DNA of 64,000 nucleotides from NCBI RefSeq assembly GCF_009914755.1, contig NC_060942.1. One strand, given 5' to 3'. Origin of the DNA: the human T2T-CHM13v2.0 reference genome, Homo sapiens. The position numbers were made by a program, and so were the translations under genes. Below, in pieces: positions 14,565-28,686 of this stretch. How positions within the stretch are numbered: the stretch's first letter is position 1; every line of letters begins with the position of its first letter. Under the pieces are notes generated by a model. The model worked only from the letters and a program-made list of their open reading frames with translations, made no database searches and had not been told where the DNA came from.

Positions 14565-15225
14565 TCTTTTTTTTCTATTTTTAATTTTTGTATGTACATA
14601 GTAGGTGTGTATATTTATGGGGTACCTGAGGCATTTTGATACAGGCATGCAATATGAAAGAAGCACATCGTGGAGAATCAGTTATCCATTCCCTCAAGCA
14701 TTTACCCTTTGAGTTACAAACAATCCAAGTACACTCTTTAAGTTATTTTAAAATGTACAATTAAGTTACTATTGACTATAATCACCCTGTTGTGCTATCA
14801 AATAGTAGGTTTTATTCATTCTTTCTAACTTTTTTGTACCCAATCACCATCCCCAACTCCCCCTTTCCAGCCACTAGTAACTGTCCTTCTACTCTCCATG
14901 CCTATGAATTCGCTTGTTTTGATTTTTAGATCCCACAAATAAGTGAAAATGTGTGATGTTTGTATTTCCATGCCTGGCTTATTTCACTTAGCATAATGAT
15001 CTCCAGTTTCATCCATGTTGTTGCAAATGACTGCGACTCATTCTTTTTATGACTGAATAGTACTCCATTGTGTATATGTACCACATTTTCTTTATCCATT
15101 CATCTGTTGATGGACACTTAGGTTGCTTCCAAATCTTAGCTATTATAAACAGTGCTGCCACAAACTTACAAGTGCAGATATCTTTTTGAGATACTGATTT
15201 CCTTTCTTTTGGGTATATACCCAAA
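14565..15225 (-). mobile_element. L1MA-like 3' end, antisense to MAPRE2, abutting the exon 4 acceptor
   Basis: T tract followed by 'gtacatagtaggtgtgtatatttatggggtac'; minus-strand ORF2 C-terminus (WKQPKCPSTDEWIKKMWYIYTMEYY). Confidence 0.88.
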
Positions 15226-15264
15226 CGTGAGGTTTGTAACTCACATAGTGATTTTTTATTGCAG

Positions 15265-15478
15265 GTAATTCCAGTGGAGAAGCTAGTGAAAGGACGTTTC
15301 CAGGACAACCTGGATTTTATTCAATGGTTTAAGAAATTCTATGATGCTAACTACGATGGGAAGGAGTATGATCCTGTAGAGGCACGACAAGGGCAAGATG
15401 CAATTCCTCCTCCTGACCCTGGTGAACAGATCTTCAACCTGCCAAAAAAGTCTCACCATGCAAACTCCCCCACAGCAG
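15265..15478 (+). CDS. MAPRE2: MAPRE2 coding exon (approx. exon 4), end of CH domain and start of linker
   Basis: Acceptor ttttttattgcag|GTA and donor CAG|gtattg; 214 nt, phase 0 to 1. Encodes [71 protein letters not shown]. Confidence 0.97.
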
Positions 15479-16579
15479 GTATTGTCACAATGAGATTGCG
15501 GGAGTTGCTTTCATCTTTGATAATGGCTCAGACCCTTCTGTTATTTACTGTGTGTTTCTGACTGATTCTTCTCAACAGTCAATATTTTAATGCCTTCGGA
15601 TGATTTCTACTGTTGTCTGTTTCACCACATTTATCTTCCTGTGACCCATTTGTCATTAGTCTAACCATCTTCATTTAAACTATTAAAAAGGCAGAGCTAT
15701 TTGCATTGTATCACTGAAGCTGGTAGTGAAAATAATGCTCCCAGGATAGATTTCTTTTTCCTTTTAGTTTTTCGAGAAATTTCAAGTAGCCTGTTTAGAT
15801 TTTGACTGAAGTATTTTTACTGCTTAATTGCTGGCAGTACAGACCAGCATATGAACTGAACTCTGTTGTTAAATATGGATCATCGTCTCTAACCCTTCAA
15901 AGGAAATTCGTGAACTGTACATCCTACCTCCTCTGTAGGCAGTGGCAATTTTTATGCAGTAACATTCAGCAATACCCTATTTATCCAGCTTTGTCCAAAA
16001 GTGAAGTCGTTGAGGAAAAATATCTGGAACATTAAAACTTTTAAAACTTCTGTGGATAAAAAAAGAAAAAACCACTTTCTAAAATATATTATAAACATCC
16101 TTGCCATAAACAGCAGACCTTACCAAGCAGAATGTGTTCTTATAAAATTGGGTCATTATTAGAAACACAGTTGGGTACTGCACAATTAAGCATGAAATCA
16201 TCCAAAATCATGTTTCCATCTCAATTGTGGAACCCAGTGTTCAAACTTGTTAAATCAGTAACCTGAATTTTGTAAATAAAACAAATTTCTTATTTGTGCC
16301 CAAACTACAATCTGAATGAAGTAGAAATGGTTAACAGGACCACATAGGTGGTAAGAGCTTTGAAATCACAGTTTTGCTTACTGTTAAACAGCATTTTTAT
16401 CATCTTATTTCTGGATTTATGGCTGTATTCCAGGCAGACTGAAACCATTGGAAAACTGGCATTACTTTTTGAAATTTTTTTAATATTTAAAAATAAATAT
16501 TTTTAAGGATAACATGAATACTCATACTCACTAGTATGAATTAGATGAATTCTTCATCTGCCTTAAAATAGTACTCATG

Positions 16580-17700
16580 TAGATGAAGAGGAATGAACAA
16601 CTCTGGGAGAGTTGTTAGGAGGCAAAATAGACTGGATGTTGGTAATGGCTGAATGCTGGGATAAAAGAGAAGGAGATGTTAAACATGACTTCTTGTACAA
16701 CTGGAAGGATTTGGGGTTTTGTTCAAGAAGTGCTGAAAGAGAACCAGATTTGGGAAGAAATCTTGAGTTTGTTTTGAACATACTAAGTTTGAGATTCTTT
16801 TGTGACATTTAAGAGAAGATCTACATAGGCAATTTTTGTGTTGGGGGTGGTGCACATGTGTGTCTGGAGCTCAAAGGAGTTATAGGCTAAAGATAAACAT
16901 TTGTGATTCTTCCACATATTGATGTAATGGAAGCTGGAAGCAAATACTGAATGATAAAGGGTAGAGTGTCTTGAGAAACTTGGACATTTACTGGTTGAGT
17001 AGAAGAGGAAGGGCTTGCATAGGAAGCAGAGAAGGTGCCAGAAAGAATGAAGGAAACTAGGAAGTGATGTGTCAGGGAAGCAGAAGGTAGGGAGCATAAT
17101 GGTCAACAATGTCTACATCTGCTGAGAAGTCAAGTTAAATGAGGCCTGAAAGAGTTCATTAGATTTCTCAACTTGAATGATTTCTCCGTTCAGTAGAATG
17201 GTAGAGCCAGGAATGGCTTGAGGAAAAAGTTGGAGAAAGGAAATTGAGACAGTGGAAAGATCCAACTTTGGAGCCATAATGGGTGAGCCTATATAGAATA
17301 AAGAAAACTAAGCACAGATCTTTGGAAATACATACATTTAAGGGGGAGGAGGAAGAAGAGGAAGCTGCAGAAAAGATGAACATCAGGAAGAAAACCAGAA
17401 GAGCTCAGCATCAGAGAACAAAAACCGTAGGAAATTTGTAGAAAGAGGGGTCACCAACAGTGCCAAATATTAATTGTGGCGATATCAAATAGGATGAAGC
17501 CTGAAAAATAGGCCAAAGTCTGACTCCTAGGAGGTGATTAATAGTCCCTCAGAGAATTGGTCCATTAAAATACTGAGGGCATAGGCCTAGATTGCAGCAA
17601 TTTAACAAGGGCTTGTGGAAGTGGAGGCAGTAAGAGTAGATTCAACCTTTAACAAATGTGTCAGAAAAAAATGGAGGAAAATAAAAACATTTGGTTTGTG
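16580..17700 (-). mobile_element. L2 LINE fragments
   Basis: Degenerate L2 motifs such as 'ttttgaacatactaagtttgag' and 'gtctggagctcaaaggag'. Confidence 0.6.
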
Positions 17701-20700
17701 TAGGGAAAAGAGTGATAGTAGCTTCAGGAAATAAGATTGGAAGGAAGATGTTATTTTTTTTCAACTGTTCTTGTTTGCTTTTAGGATAAGGCAATGTAAG
17801 CAGGTTTGTAAGATGGGAGACATGTCTGTGGAGAAGGAATCATTGAAAATAGAAAAAGAGGGGAAATTGGAGTATGACGCTAAAGCTGAAAGGAAAAGGT
17901 GAGATGTCAAGGGCATAGATAAAGTGTTAGAAAGGAAAAGAGAGGATATTTATTTTCTTGGAGCCAAAGCGATAGGAGAGGCTGGGTAAAAATTAAGCCA
18001 CAAAGAGTTTGGGAAACAAACATTGATGGCAGTTTAGATAGGCCTTCAACTTTTGTCAGCAGTTTTCATCAGTCTAGGAGCTGGGGTGGAGAAAAGGGGG
18101 ATGTTGTGCCCTCTCCAAAGTCTGGGATTCAGGAGGTATGTCGGGTGGGAGGACAAAAAGCTAAGAAAATCAAGGGTGTCTGATATTTCTCATCTTAATG
18201 TCATTTTCTAAAGCTGTGAATGATGGATAGCTTGGACTCGAAACTCAACTGCCATTTTTTTCAAGTTTTCTGTAGTGAGATTGGACAGACCTCAGAATAT
18301 TTTCTTCCACGATCATAACCTGTCCTTAATTTTTTTCTCATTGGTACCAATATTCCTCCACACCCAAATAGCACTGTTACTATGCTACCTTGGCCTCGTT
18401 TTCTAGGAATTCCCTCATCTGTCTTTCACAAAAGCTGCAGATAAACGTGTGCCATTTTGATAGAATGTCCATGAACCTGAAAGAGAAATATATATTTTCT
18501 AGAGCTTAACCTCTTGGGTGACAATGCTCAGGAAACACATTAAAGTCAACAGATAATAAATTTTATTTTTAATGTTCTGGAAGGCAGTAATTTCCTGAGA
18601 CCATGTTCCTGATACCTTGACCATGTTTACGTTATTGGTCTTAATCAGGGAGAAATGATATTTTCAGAAGTCAAACTGCCATTCCCTTTCTAATAAAATA
18701 TGCTCTGATTTTTGGGCATTGTAGGGTAGTAAAACTATACTGGGGGTATATCACATATAGAGTGTTATTATTAAAAGCCATGATAGGAGAAAGGCTCCTA
18801 TAAATGCATTAAGACCTCATTTTTTCTAGAAGTCATATCCAGTTATTGGGAATACAGCCAAGATAATATAAGCCAAAATGTCTTCCAAGAGTCAGAATAG
18901 GTGCTATAAAATGTATGCACCTTAGTCTTCATTCATGAGTTTCTGAGGTACTTACCCAGAGTGTGTTTGCTCTTTCTTAATTTAGACATAATTGTAATAA
19001 AGATGGGGATGTGGTTTCTTAGCACATAGCTCATTAGGGCAAGGAATATACAGGTATCAATAGAAAGTACAAACCTCAGTTAAAAAAAAAAACTTAAAAC
19101 CTTACTAAAGAGCCTCATAGTATCCTGGGATCTTTATTACAAAATCAAATCGTTCCATTGCCTCTCAGTAGTCTTTAGTATATGTATGACACCAGCAGGC
19201 AGTCATCAATACTCTCATAGGTCCCTTACAATTCTTAGAATTGTCATAATTCTCTGTAATATTGACCCTGATTTATTTCCCTCATGAGCTCTATTTTTAC
19301 ATTATCTAAACTGGCACCCCTGCTTGTGGGAGTCACTCAAAGCCGTTCTCTTTATACACAGTCTGCTTTTGTTCATCTGAAATTTAGAGCAAATGAAAGG
19401 TGATGGTCAGCGGTCTGGAAAATTCACATATCTGTATCACATTTATATCACAGTGTTGCCAGGTCACTAACATGTAGCAGTAATTTTGTTCCCACCTCTA
19501 AGCCTTGGTCATTTCTTAATTATCTGCATTAGTGGACGTAAGCAGTGGCTGGTATCATCAAAAACAGGTGATAGTCCTTAATTTTTTTTTATTTTGAGTT
19601 TGGAATACTTGATTTATTTTTTTAGTGGATTTATCTCTCCCCCAAAATTTCCTTAGGCCAATATTAAAATTAGCTTGCATGTCCTAACTATTATACAGTA
19701 AGAGCAGTAAGTGGCAGCTCCCAAACATTTTGTATGACAGAGGGACCAGATTAGAGTGGAAAAAGTGATCCTGGAGTAGATTGTCACCATGAAAGGACTC
19801 AGTCTACATTAGCAAGAAAAAAAATTGTGCTTTTACATTGTACAGACTACTTATATAAGCATGCACCAGAGATTGCTTATGTATAAAATAGATACATTCT
19901 AAATACTTGGTGCATCCTGTTTTTTTAAGAACATGCTAGATTTTTCAACCATTTTGATACAGATAAAAGCTTTTCTTTATGATTCAGAGAAGCCTTAGAA
20001 TAGTTTGGCTGTGGCTTCTCTGTGTGTCGTTGGGGACTTTACTGTAACAAGCTTACTGCATAAGCAGAGGCTGTCACCTAAGGGTAAATGGCTGCTTGGT
20101 AAGTTTTATTGTCTACATTCTGAGGAGTTGCATCTTGAATTGGTTTTAATCTACCAACCAGGGGCATGTATTAAAATACACATTTTCACAATGATAGATA
20201 TATAAGTACATGCATCATTGTGAATCATGATGTTTGTAAATTTATTGCTATGAGCCATATCTGCAACTCAAGATAGCTGTTGGTGGGGATTGGTTTTTAT
20301 GTGTGAACACTTACTAAACATAAAAGGAAATTCAAAGTTATGTAGTTACTATAGCAACGACAGCTAAGACACATTGCAGATTCACATACATTCATGTATT
20401 TAAATCAAACGCCCATATATAAATATAGTGTGATAGATTTAGAGTTGCTATGGAAATTGAGTTTGAGCTTTCTGCTTTCCTTAGGGACTTCAGTGTTTTA
20501 GCCTTAAAATCAGATTAATAGGAATGCCACAAAAGTGGTTTCAAAAGGAAGCAACCTAAGTAGAATAGAATAAAGTATTTGAGCAATCATAATTAAATCC
20601 CTAAATGTAGATTTGAATAAATCCTAAGGTGTTTTTCAAGAACATTGTTGAATATTTGAATATTCTCACTCAACAATTACCCTTAATGTTGGGTTTTCTA

Positions 20701-21319
20701 AGGCTGTTTGTATGACTGTAAAATGTAATCATGTTTATTCATTTATTTGTTTAGCAATGTATGAGCATTTGTTGAGCACCTGTCATCTAAGTACTCATCA
20801 CCTCTCACCTTCTTTTGGGAAATAAGAATTGCTTTACTTTGTTGGGTTTTTTGTTTGTTTGCTTTGCTTTTTAAGAGAAGCAGTAAAAAATAGCAGTAAG
20901 GAGTGGTTTTCATCCTTGTTCTGATCTTGGCTTTATGGCCCAGGATGTAGTCTTTTTTGGTCAGCGGACCACATGCACTTGAAAAGAATGTGTATTCTGC
21001 AGTAGTTGGTTGTATAGTGTTTTAGAAATATCAGTTAGATCAAGGTGTTTGATGGTATTATTCAGATCTTCTATGTGCGTTTTTTTACTTACCTAATACC
21101 AGTGTCAGAGTAAACAGATCTGTATTTTATGGATTTTTTTGTTGTCCAGTTCTAACATTTGCTGCAGAGTCTGTTGAATTTTCCTGCATTGATCATGGAA
21201 TTGTCCATTTTTCCCTTTAATTCTCTCCATTTTTGTTTCTTGTATTTTAGTGCTCTATTACTAGATGTATATGTATTTATGTATTTACGAGTGTTAAGTC
21301 ATCCTGTTGAATTGACCTT

Positions 21320-22818
21320 TTTTGTCTTCTTCTAAAAAAAAAAAGGGATACATGTGCAGAACGTACAGGTTTGTTACATAGGTATATGTGTGCCATGATG
21401 GTTTGCTGCACCTATTGACCAGTCCTCTAAGTTCCCTCCCCTCACCCACAACACCCAAACAGGCCCCAGTGTATGATGTTCCCCTCCCTGTGTCCATGTG
21501 TTCTCACTGTTCACTTCCCACTTTGAGTGAGAACATGCAGTGTTTGGTTTTCTGTTCCTGTGTTAGTTCGCTGAGGAAGATGGCTTCCAGCTTTATCCAC
21601 ATCCCTGCAAAGGACATGATCTCATTCCTTTTTATGGCTGCATAGTGTTCCATGGTATATATGTACCACATTTTCTTTATCCAGTCTGTCATTGATGGGC
21701 ATTTGGGTTGGTTCCATGTCTTTGCTATTGTAAACAGTGCTGCAGTAAACATATGTGTGCATGTGTCTTTATAGCAGAATGATTTATATTCCTTTGGGTA
21801 TATACTCAGTAATGGGATTGCTGGGTCAAATGGTTTTTCTGATTCTAGATCCTTCAGAAATCATCATACTGTCCTCCACAATGGTTGAAGTAATTTACAT
21901 TCCCACCAACAGTGTAAAAACATTCCTATTTCTCCACAGCCTCGCCAGCATCTATTGTTTCCTGACTTTTTAATAATCACTATTCTGACTGTGTGAGATG
22001 GCATCTCATTGTGGTTTTGATTTGCATTTCTCTAATGATCAGTGATGTTGAGCTTTTTTTTTTTTTCATATGTTTGTTGGCTGTGTAAATGTCTTCTTTT
22101 GAGAAGTATCTGTTCATATTCTTTGCCCACTTTCTAATGGGGTTTTTTCTTTCTTGTAAATATATTTAAGTTCCGTGTAAATTCTGAATATTAGACCGTT
22201 GTCAGATGGGTAGATTGCAAAAATGTTCTCCCATTCTGTAGGTTGCCTGTTCACTCTGATGATAGTTTCTTTTACTCTGCAGAAGCTGTTTAGTTTAATT
22301 AGATCCCTTTTGTCAGTTTTGGCTTTTGTTGAAATTGCTTTTGGCGTTTTTGTCATGTAGTCTTTGCCCATGCCTATGTCCTGAATGGTATTGCTTAGGT
22401 TTTCTTCTAGGGTTTGGGTTTTACATTTAAGTCTTTAATCCATCTTGAGTTAATTTTTGTATAAGGTGTAAGGAAGGGGTTCAGTTTCAGTTTTCTGCAT
22501 ATGGCTTGCCAGTTTTCCCAGTACCATTTACTGAATAGGAGATCCTTTCCCCATTGCTTGTTTTTGTCAGGTTTGTCAAAGATCAGATGGTTGTAGATGT
22601 GTGGTGTTATTTCTGAGGTCTGCTCCATTGGTCTATATATCTGTTTTGGTACCAGTACCATGTTGTTTTGGTTACTGTAGCCTTGTAGTATAGTTTGAAG
22701 TCAGGTAGTGTGATGCCTCCAGCATTGTTCTTTTTGCCTAGAACTGTCTTGGCTATACAGGGTCTTCTTTGATTCCATATGAAATTTAAAATAGTTTTTT
22801 ACTAATTCTGTGAAGAAT
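21320..22818 (-). mobile_element. 5'-truncated L1PA (L1PA8-like), about 1.5 kb
   Basis: ORF2 remnants on the minus strand ([30 protein letters not shown]) and L1PA 3' UTR. Confidence 0.9.
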
Positions 22819-23507
22819 GTCAATGGTAGTTTGATGGAAATAGCTTTGAATCTATAAATTATTTTGGGAAGTATGGCCTTTTTATTGTATGAAGTGTTCC
22901 TCTTTATCTTTGATAATATTCTTTGTCTTGAAATCTATTTTATCTGACATTAATCTAGCTACTCCAGCTTTTATATGCTTACTGTTGCATGGCATCATCT
23001 TTCTCCATGATAAGTTAAATTTCTGCCTGTCTTTGTCTTTATAAAGTGTGACAGCATGTAATCAGGTCTTGCTTTTTTATTCATTCTGATAATCTTTACT
23101 GTTTAATTGGAGTGTCCAGCCCATTTACATTTCATATAATTATGAAATTATTGATTTGGTTGGATTTAGAGCTACCGCATTATCATTTGTTTTCTGTTTG
23201 TCCCCTCTGTTTCTTGTTTTGTTGTTTCTCCCTTCCTGCCATCTTCTGGATTTTTAAAGTATTTTTTAGAATTCTATTTTAATTTACTTACCGCCTTTTA
23301 AACTACACCTCTTTGCACTAATTTTTTAGGGGTTGCTCTAAGGATTACAATATATATTCTTGTTTTTTCACACTATCCTTTAAATTAATACTGTACACCT
23401 TTATGTAAAATGTGGAAACCCTGCAGCCACCCCTATAGTTGTCATATGTATTACATTTACATACATTATGAACCTCACAAGATAATGTTATAACTTTTGC
23501 TTTAAAC

Positions 23508-23787
23508 CTACACTGTCTAATACACGTTGGCTTTTGAACACTTGAAATGTGCTTATTCATCATTAAAATGTGCTGTGTGTATAAAATGCGTGCTGAATTT
23601 AGAAAACTTAGTATGAGAAACAGAATGTAAAACATCTAATAATTTTTGTATTGACTACATGTAGAAATTATATTTCATATATGTTGTATATGTTTTGCGT
23701 ATGTTAAAGTCAGTGGAGTTTTTTTACCTTTTTGATGTGGCTACTAGAAAACTTATGTGGTTCACATATTTCTATTAGATGGTTATG
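23508..23787. mobile_element. hAT-Charlie MITE (MER33-like)
   Basis: Perfect 8-bp TSD ctttaaac (23500-23507 and 23788-23795) and MER33-like internal sequence. Confidence 0.8.
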
Positions 23788-25486
23788 CTTTAAACAGTCA
23801 TATCTATTGTAGAGAAATTACAGGAAAAGTTGTTTATTTCATATTTTTACTATTTTCAACGTTCTTCATTTCTGAACACCCAAGTTCCCTAGCGGTTTCA
23901 TTTCTCTTCAGCCTGAAGGACTTTTGTTAGGATTTCTTATCCTGCAGGTCCAGTGGCAAAAATTATTTTAGATTTTCTTTTTCTGTAAATGTCTTTATTT
24001 TACCTTCATTCTTAAAGAATATTTTCACTTGATAAAGGATTCAAGCTGGGTTTTGTTTTTCCTTTTGTTTTATTTTTTGCCTGTAAGCACTTTAAAGATG
24101 TTATTCCACTGCATGTGGCCTCCAAAGATAAGAAGTGCATACTCATTCTACCCTGGAATGGAATACATAGTTTTTCTCTGAGTGCAGTCAAAATTTTCTC
24201 CTTATCTTTGGTTTTGAGTAGTGCGACTATGATGTGCCTAATTATGGTTCTGTTTGAATTTATCTTGTTTCAGAGTTCATTATGCTTCCTGAGTCTGTGA
24301 ATTTATGTCTTTGGAAAGATTCCAAGCATTATTTTTTCAAATATTTTTTTCAGCTCCATTCTTTCTCCTGTCCTTCTGGGACTTCATTTATCCATATGTT
24401 AGAGCTTCTGAAATTATAACACAAGTCCCTGAGGCACAGTTGATTTTCTTCCCAGTACTTATTTTCTCTCTTCTTTAGATTAGATGGTTTCTGTTGATGT
24501 AAATTCAAGTTTACCCTCTCTTTCCTCTGTCATCTTCATTCTACTGTTGTAGAAGTCTTCATTTTTAAATTTCAGCTATTGTATTTTTCTGTTTACTTTT
24601 TTTTCTTTCTCTGCTGAGTTTGCCTACCTTTTCATTCATTATGAGCATATTTCCTTTACTTCACTAAACACGCTTATGGTAGCTGCTTTGAAAGTTTTTG
24701 TCTGCTAATTCCATCATTCTGGCCATCTCACAATTGACATCTGTTGATTTTATTTTTCTTTGAGAATATGTCACATTTTCCTGGCTCTTTATATGTCAAA
24801 TAATTTTGGGTTATGTCTTAGTTATTGTGAATTTTAGTGCTCTGAAGACTGGATTTTGTTATATTGCTGTAAAGAGGGTTGATGCTTGTGAGTTAACAGG
24901 CACTTAACTCAATTAGAGTCCAAGGGAAAAATACTCAGGAAGTTAACTCCCATTCAAGGGGATCTTCAAGGGGATCTAACCTTAGCCTCAGGCCTGTCTG
25001 TGCCTTTATGCAAGACTTCGTTTTCCTTATTATTGCAAAGTGGCACTAAATCTTCATTTACCTTTTGAGAAACTCCTTAATTTAACCACAAATGTTGGTC
25101 TTTCCCTAAAGCCATTATTTGCTCTAAGAAATTCACTTTAGGTCAGTCTATGATGGCATTTGACTTACCGGAGCCCTGTAGGGTGGGCACAGGTACTCTT
25201 CTTGTCCCTTGATGGTCTTGCTATCAAGATGAGTCATGCCTGTTTATTCTTACAATTTTCCAGTAGATGCCTACTTGATACTGCTATTTTACAGTCCCCA
25301 GTCACTTATCCACATACCATCCTACCCAAGTACCTTACGTATGTCTTTAAGGATCAAATATTAATTTTAGAAATCATGTAATAATACAAGGAAAAGATGC
25401 ATTTTTCTTACTAGCCCCATAATTAGCAAGACTTCTCTTCAAATAGATGTTAGTACTTCTCATTATTATGCAGAACACTGTTTCTT

Positions 25487-25790
25487 TCTTTCTTTCCTTC
25501 CTTCCTTTTTTTTTTTTTTTATGGACGGAGTTTCACTGTTATTGCCCAGGCTGGAGTGCAATGGTGCAACCTCCGCCTCCTGGGTTCAATCAAGCAATTC
25601 TGCTGTCTCAGCCTCCCGAGTAGCTGGGATTACAGGCATGCGCCACCATGCTTGGCTAATTTTGTATTTTTAGTAGAGATAGGGTTTCTCCATGTTGGTC
25701 AGGCTGGTTTTGAACTCTCAACCTCAGGTGATCCACATGCCTCAGCCTCCCAAAGTGCTGGGATTACAGGCGTGAGCTACCACACCCGGC
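25487..25790 (-). mobile_element. AluS element, antisense to MAPRE2
   Basis: Poly-T followed by reverse Alu; TSD cagaacactgtttctt/cagaacattgtttctt. Confidence 0.94.
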
Positions 25791-26104
25791 AGAACATTGT
25801 TTCTTTTACCCAACCCCTACCCCATATTAGCATGGCATCCTTTTGACCTGTTCATATTAAGAAACTATCCCGTTGCTAAGCTGCATACCATTTAATGCCT
25901 ACTCCCTTAGCTACATCAAGACTTGGAGCAAATAGAAAGAAATATTCTAATGGCCCAACTAATTAAATTATTGTAGAAGATCCCCTACTCCCTGGAAGAA
26001 GAGAGGCAGCAGTGGTTTTTTTCTTCTGATTACATGTGTAAGATGTATAAAAGACACTGCTAGACTTTTCTCCTCAAAGAATAACTGAAACTGCATTTCC
26101 CTAC

Positions 26105-26463
26105 ATTTTAGTCTGTTCAGGCTTCTATAACAAAATGCCATAAACTAGGTAGCTTTGTATAAACAACAGAAATGTATTTCTCACAGTTCTGGGGACTGGG
26201 AAGTCCAAGACCAAGGCACCAGCAGATTCAGTGTCTGGTGAGAGCCTGGTCCACATACATGGTGCCTTCTCATTGTTTCCTCAGATGGCAGAAGAGGCAA
26301 GCCCCCTTAGGCCTGTTTTATAAGGGCATTGATCTCATTCATGAGGGATCTGCCCTCACAACCTAGTTACCTCCCAAAGGCCCCACCTCTTAATACTACT
26401 GTGTTGGGGATTAGGTTTCAACGTATAGATCTGGGGGGGAACACAAACATTCAGACTATAGCA
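26105..26463. mobile_element. MaLR solo LTR (MLT1A-like)
   Basis: 'ttagtctgttcaggcttctataacaaaatgcc...cattcagactatagca'; TSD cctac. Confidence 0.85.
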
Positions 26464-26939
26464 CCTACCTCTTATGATGATAAAAACCCCAGCATAAAAT
26501 ATGAGCAGTGCCCTGCCTTGCCAGGACACTGAATATTTCTGAATTTAAACTATTGAGCAGAGAGAAGAGCAGAAAATTATGAAGAATTCTGGAGTTTCAA
26601 ATAGGAATCTCCTGGCAGCGTCTGTAGAAAAGCCCAAGGGCTTCTTCCTAGGAAGAGCCGTACATTTTTCATTGCCATCCTAATTTCTTTGCTTACTGAG
26701 GTAGCATTTTTGACAGATGATTTACTAATTCAATTTGCAATTTTTAATTATTTTGGCTTTCTGGGTCAAAGTATGTACATTGTTTTTTTAAAAAAAACTA
26801 GAGTGTTTTAAAGCTTAGAGATCAAAAACTACAGAATGTTGTGATACTATTACTTTGCAACTCAGAATCTGAATCTTAATATGAATAGAATTTTTCATGA
26901 AAGTTAAGGGAAATGAAAACATTTAAAATGTGGAAGGAA

Positions 26940-27225
26940 GGCCAGGCACATGCCTGTAGTCCCAGCTCTTTGGGAGGCCAAGGTGGGAGGATTGCTTCAG
27001 CTCAGGAATTTGAGAACAGCCTGGGCAACATGGCAAAACCCCGTCTTTTCAAAAAATACAAAAATTAGCCAAGCATGGTGGCACACACCTGTAGTCCCAG
27101 CTACTCAGGAGGCTGAGGTGGGAGGATCACTTGAGCCTGGGGTTCAAGGCTGCAATGAGCCATGTTCATGCCACTACACTCCAACCTGGGCAACAAAGTG
27201 GAACCCTGTCCCAAAAAAATAAAAT
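26940..27225 (+). mobile_element. AluJ element
   Basis: Dimeric Alu with 'ggaggatcacttgagcctggg'. Confidence 0.92.
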
Positions 27226-27249
27226 ATAGAAGGAGTCATCAGTAATATT

Positions 27250-27470
27250 AGCAAATATTTATTGAGCACATATTAAGTGTCAGCTATTATCCTAAGAACT
27301 TAATATGTATTCAGCAATTCTAAAAGACAGATCATATTATTACCCTCCACTTTAAAGTTGAGGAAACTGAGGCACGGAGAGGTTTAGTAACTTGCCAGGG
27401 TCACACACTAGAAGGAGAGGACTTAAGATTTAAGGCCTGACTCTGTGATTCCAGAATCCATGCTCTTTCA
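27250..27470 (-). mobile_element. MIR SINE
   Basis: 'gaggaaactgaggcacggagaggtttagtaacttgccagggtcacac'. Confidence 0.85.
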
Positions 27471-28686
27471 TCATTATATTATATTGCGTCTCTCATATGT
27501 CATGGATGTGGTCTTGTTTTCTCCTCTTACCTCCTCCCCACACTATGCTGAACCACGGTAAATTTCACAACCAAATTCAAATTACATGGTGTATGGAGGA
27601 TATACAAAGCTCTGCAATGTTGCTTAGGCTTGAGACAGCAGAACATATGCTGTTGTATTGCGATGACATTTTTTTTTATCGTGATTTTTCAAAAGTTCAA
27701 AAACATTTCCTTTCATCCTTACAGTAGGTTCTAGGGTGAGAGAGAGTTACTATACTGTAGAGTTACTGTCTACATTTATAGATGCAGGAAATGTTAAAAC
27801 CATTTGTTCCAGGCCTCTTATTAGCTCAAAAGCAGAAGTGTATACAAAGCCAAGAATATTGAGCCCTAGATTAGTAGAATTACTAATCTCTGATTTCTTA
27901 ATCCTTCAAGTCAATTAGCTCTCCGTGTGAATGGTCTGGGTGATTTGAAAGTGAAGGATAGATGCAATTGGCATGTATTTGGGCACTCAGAGTCTGTTCC
28001 TTCACACAGAGCTCTGCAGAGGAGGGCGAGGGTCTCCACTGTTGTCCTCCCTGCACTGGAAGGCAGACCATCCTAGCCCTTTTTAAAACAGCATTGGGTC
28101 ATTAATCTTATATAGCTGTTCCTGATATGTGTTGAAATATTAATTCTATAACTAAACCCCATGTGCTCATCTGATGGATCATTCCTTTTCTCTCCATAGG
28201 AATAATATCAGATTTTACTTCTCAGCCTAGCTGTAAACCTCGCCAGGCCACACAAGACAGTGACTTAGGATTCATTCTTAGTTTCCACAGCAGAATATCA
28301 TAGATTGTCTGTGAACCTATTTTTCTTTATTATTGATACTTTTTTTTGTTGCTTAGTATATTGGGCAGGAATCGAAAACAGCTTTGACTTGTAGAATTTT
28401 CTAGAATCCCTTTGAATTGGGTGAACTACACTATAACTCAACTTTGTCTTGCTCAATCATTGTTCCCCCATTGCCTGGCCTGTAGAAGGTCCTCATATAA
28501 TTATTGAGTTGATGAGTTTAAGTTGAATCATTGCAGCATTCATCTTGATCAAGGAAGATGTAGTACTCAGTCAACACATGGCTGTTTTTGAAGTGCTCTC
28601 CAGTCATTTCCATCACCTGAGAAGCCCCTTACACTGTAACTTAGAAAGTATGCTAGTACACTACACAGTAGCTCAGAAAATGTTTC

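Larger units (their letters stand above)
20910..24880 (-). mobile_element. Old L1M fragment hosting a younger L1PA and a MER33-like element
   Basis: 'gcacttgaaaagaatgtgtattctgc' and 'ccatttacatttcatataatt' are L1M endonuclease-region motifs on the minus strand. Confidence 0.7.

Noticed and set aside
15479-15561. Exon 4 read-through extension GIVTMRL...TVCF*
   Set aside because: No canonical poly(A) signal seen close after the stop; short read-through frames are commonplace.
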